Origin: Coraliomargarita sp.
GTDB lineage: Bacteria; Verrucomicrobiota; Verrucomicrobiia; Opitutales; Coraliomargaritaceae
Reading direction: 5' to 3'
Assembly (NCBI GenBank): GCA_965216325.1
Contig: OZ244160.1
Location: 672,001 to 736,000, forward strand
DNA length: 64,000 nucleotides
In this document: positions 62,013 to 64,000 of the stretch, piece after piece
Position numbering within the stretch: the first letter of the stretch is position 1
Layout of the letters: each line of letters starts with the position of its first letter
The notes under the pieces: model-generated
Told to the model about the DNA's origin: nothing
The model's input: the letters and a program-made list of their open reading frames with translations, nothing else
The model's database searches: none
Program-made: the position numbers and the translations under genes

Positions 62013-62744
62013 ATGCTACCCGAATCCTACAGTCTGATCCTCTGCTTCTTCGTAGTGGCCTTGCTCTATGCCTCGGTCGGGCATGGCGGAGCATCGGGCT
62101 ATTTGGCAGTGATGTCACTGTTTGCAGTGGAAGCTGCGGTGCTGCGTCCGACGGCACTGACGCTGAATGTTGTGGTGTCTACTTTGGGCACACTAGCCTT
62201 TATTCGAGCAGGCTATTTTCGGAGCCGCTTATTCTGGCCCTTGGCCCTCTGTGCGATTCCTTGTGCCTATCTTGGTGGTAGTGTGGAGCTGAACGAGTTT
62301 TATTTCCGCAAGCTGTTGGGCGTGGTGCTGGTCATCGCCTTTCTGCGTTTGGTGTTGCCGAATAAGCGCTCGCAGGAAACGCATCAGCCGCCTCTATGGC
62401 AACTCGTGGGCGCGGGCTGTTGTATGGGCTTCGCCTCTGGGTTAATCGGAGTCGGCGGCGGTATCTTTCTCACGCCGCTTGCAATCTTCTTGCGCTGGGC
62501 CAGCCCGAAAGAAGCGGCTGCGATTTCAGCGCCGTTTATCTGGGTGAATTCGATTGCTGGTTTGGCGGGCTTACAGCCCAGTCTGAATGATCTGCATCCA
62601 GATATTGGGTGGTTGATTGTCGCGGTCGTTGTCGCTGGCCTGATCGGTGTGTATTGGGGCAGTGTCCGCGCGCGTGGTCAGCAAATTCGCAAAGTCTTGG
62701 CTGTGGTGCTGGCGTTGGCGGCAGTGAAGCTACTGTTGACCTAA
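62013..62744 (+). CDS. Sulfite exporter TauE/SafE family protein
   Basis: Motifs YASVGHGGASGYLA, SGLIGVGGGIFLTP, FIWVNSIAG. Confidence 0.9.
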   Translation: MLPESYSLILCFFVVALLYASVGHGGASGYLAVMSLFAVEAAVLRPTALTLNVVVSTLGTLAFIRAGYFRSRLFWPLALCAIPCAYLGGSVELNEFYFRKLLGVVLVIAFLRLVLPNKRSQETHQPPLWQLVGAGCCMGFASGLIGVGGGIFLTPLAIFLRWASPKEAAAISAPFIWVNSIAGLAGLQPSLNDLHPDIGWLIVAVVVAGLIGVYWGSVRARGQQIRKVLAVVLALAAVKLLLT

Positions 62745-62927
62745 TTCGGTTCGTCTATGCTCACAGTTCAGTAGGATCTCGCGCTTTGCTTCGTCAGGCT
62801 TGCGTCCCCAGCCAGCAATCTCGTCGATATGACGATAGCAGCCTGTGCATATTTTATCTGCATTGAGCACACAGTCGTCCGTGCATGGACTGGCGACAGG
62901 ATCTGCTGGTTGTGAGTTGTTGGACAT
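62730..62927 (-). CDS. DUF1289 family small Cys-rich protein
   Basis: SPCTDDC....CTGCYRHIDEIAGW. Confidence 0.85.
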   Translation of the reverse strand: MSNNSQPADPVASPCTDDCVLNADKICTGCYRHIDEIAGWGRKPDEAKREILLNCEHRRTELGQQ

Positions 62928-62997
62928 CGTCATATATGAGGCGAGAAAGCCTACAGAGGGCAATGCTTGGCTGTCTTGGATTCTTTGTCAGGCTTGA

Positions 62998-63726
62998 TTA
63001 CAGAGCAACTAAAACTGCAGCTTTCAGTGCTGCGACGCGTTGATCCAGTTTGACGGCCGACGGCGTTTCCAGTGTATAGTTGAGTCCGCCGAATGCTTGC
63101 TTGAAGTAGATTGCCTCGGGATGCCCTTCTTCGATTTCGGGCAGGCTGTCTGGCCGGATCAAGCCCGGTGCGTTTGAGGGGCTACCATCGATTTCAGAAG
63201 CTGTCTCGATCGGGATATACTTTTCAACGGCATCCAGAAGCAGTGCAGCCAGTCCTTCCTTGGGGCCGAAGTTGAGCTCATACAGATAAAAACCCTTCGA
63301 TTCCCAATCCTCGTGCAGGTGCAGGCCGATATTCAGAGACTTTATCTGCTGCTTAGCCCAGGCCGTATGGCTGCGAATCTCCTCAGAGTCGAAATCACGG
63401 TAGTCGCGGTTGAGGTCGAGGCCATCGGTATTCTCGCGTTTGCCAGCGTCAAGACCACTTGGATTCAGCACCGGGCAAATCCAATAATTGTGCTCCTTGG
63501 GCAAGGCATCCTCTTTGAACAATTCCAGTAAGGCGAGTGGCCCCGCGGGCTCATCACCGTGGATTCCGGCCGAGATATAAATGTTTTGCCCGCTGTTATT
63601 CTGCGCGCGACGTGTCATGCCCAGCAGTGGCCAATCTCCGATTTGACCAAAAGTCTCGACTTCAAAGCCGACGCCCTTCGCGGAGAGCGCCAGCTGACTG
63701 ATAAGCTCTGAGGTGGATAAGTTCAT
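62998..63726 (-). CDS. M14 family metallocarboxypeptidase / succinylglutamate desuccinylase-like
   Basis: Motifs AGIHGDEPAG, NPSG, RENTDGLDLNRD, LHED, TLETPS. Confidence 0.9.
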   Translation of the reverse strand: MNLSTSELISQLALSAKGVGFEVETFGQIGDWPLLGMTRRAQNNSGQNIYISAGIHGDEPAGPLALLELFKEDALPKEHNYWICPVLNPSGLDAGKRENTDGLDLNRDYRDFDSEEIRSHTAWAKQQIKSLNIGLHLHEDWESKGFYLYELNFGPKEGLAALLLDAVEKYIPIETASEIDGSPSNAPGLIRPDSLPEIEEGHPEAIYFKQAFGGLNYTLETPSAVKLDQRVAALKAAVLVAL

Positions 63727-63727
63727 C

Positions 63728-64000
63728 TTAGAGGAATTTGGCTGTTACGCTGCCCTTGGTTTTCTTTAGGCCAGCGACATTGCCTTGGTAGAGCAATTGA
63801 CCTCCGGCATCGCCGCCCTGCGGACCTATCTCGACCAGATAGTCGGCGTCCTTGATGAGGTCGAGGTGATGTTCGATGACGAGGACGGTGTGGCCTTTAT
63901 CGACGAGACGATGCAGGAGTTCGGTGAGGCGCTCGACGTCGCTGAGGTGAAGTCCGATCGTTGGCTCTTCGAGGATGTAGAGGTTGCCTTGACCTTTGTT
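63728..64000 (-). CDS. uvrA: Excinuclease ABC subunit A, C-terminal part (gene starts beyond the window)
   Basis: Manual translation: NLYILEEPTIGLHLSDVERL...LVDKGHTVLVIEHHLDLIKDADYLVEIGPQGGDAGGQLLYQG...KFL*. Confidence 0.9.
   Translation of the reverse strand, partial: NKGQGNLYILEEPTIGLHLSDVERLTELLHRLVDKGHTVLVIEHHLDLIKDADYLVEIGPQGGDAGGQLLYQGNVAGLKKTKGSVTAKFL

Overview
Core-chromosome window of a bacterium whose gene content and style point to Verrucomicrobiota (Opitutia, Coraliomargarita-like). This is an inference from gene families, not a database result. Main blocks: (i) end of an FAD oxidoreductase / cfa-like methyltransferase / SnoaL lipid-modification cluster and a tRNA-Leu that reads as the rare A34 anticodon AAG; (ii) housekeeping genes, oleC-oleD and a hybrid sensor with an apparently degenerate ATPase domain; (iii) an ~18 kb exopolysaccharide locus (priming GT, RfaH/UpxY-like NusG paralogue, five further GTs, Wzy/Wzx-like proteins, sulfotransferase-like, acetyltransferase, kinase, ATP-grasp enzyme, 1302-aa secreted PA14/CBM protein); (iv) L,D-transpeptidase, asd, SleB-like hydrolase, satP, MIF-like tautomerase, serC, topB, lpxK, extended adenylate kinase, rsmJ; (v) a contiguous respiratory cluster: P1B ATPase, alternative complex III (actABCDEF plus an actG-like gene), and directly attached cbb3-type oxidase genes (ccoS, ccoN, ccoO, monohaem cytochrome c); (vi) mscS, EamA, TauE, DUF1289, M14 peptidase and the uvrA 3' end. 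Intergenic DNA holds many small palindromic elements: GTAG-type REP doublets with covarying stems, periodic inverted microsatellite hairpins, an unexplained 272-bp highly structured element with terminal inverted repeats after serC, and a four-way-junction RNA candidate upstream of the TauE gene. No CRISPR array, rRNA, transposase, integrase or prophage gene was seen.
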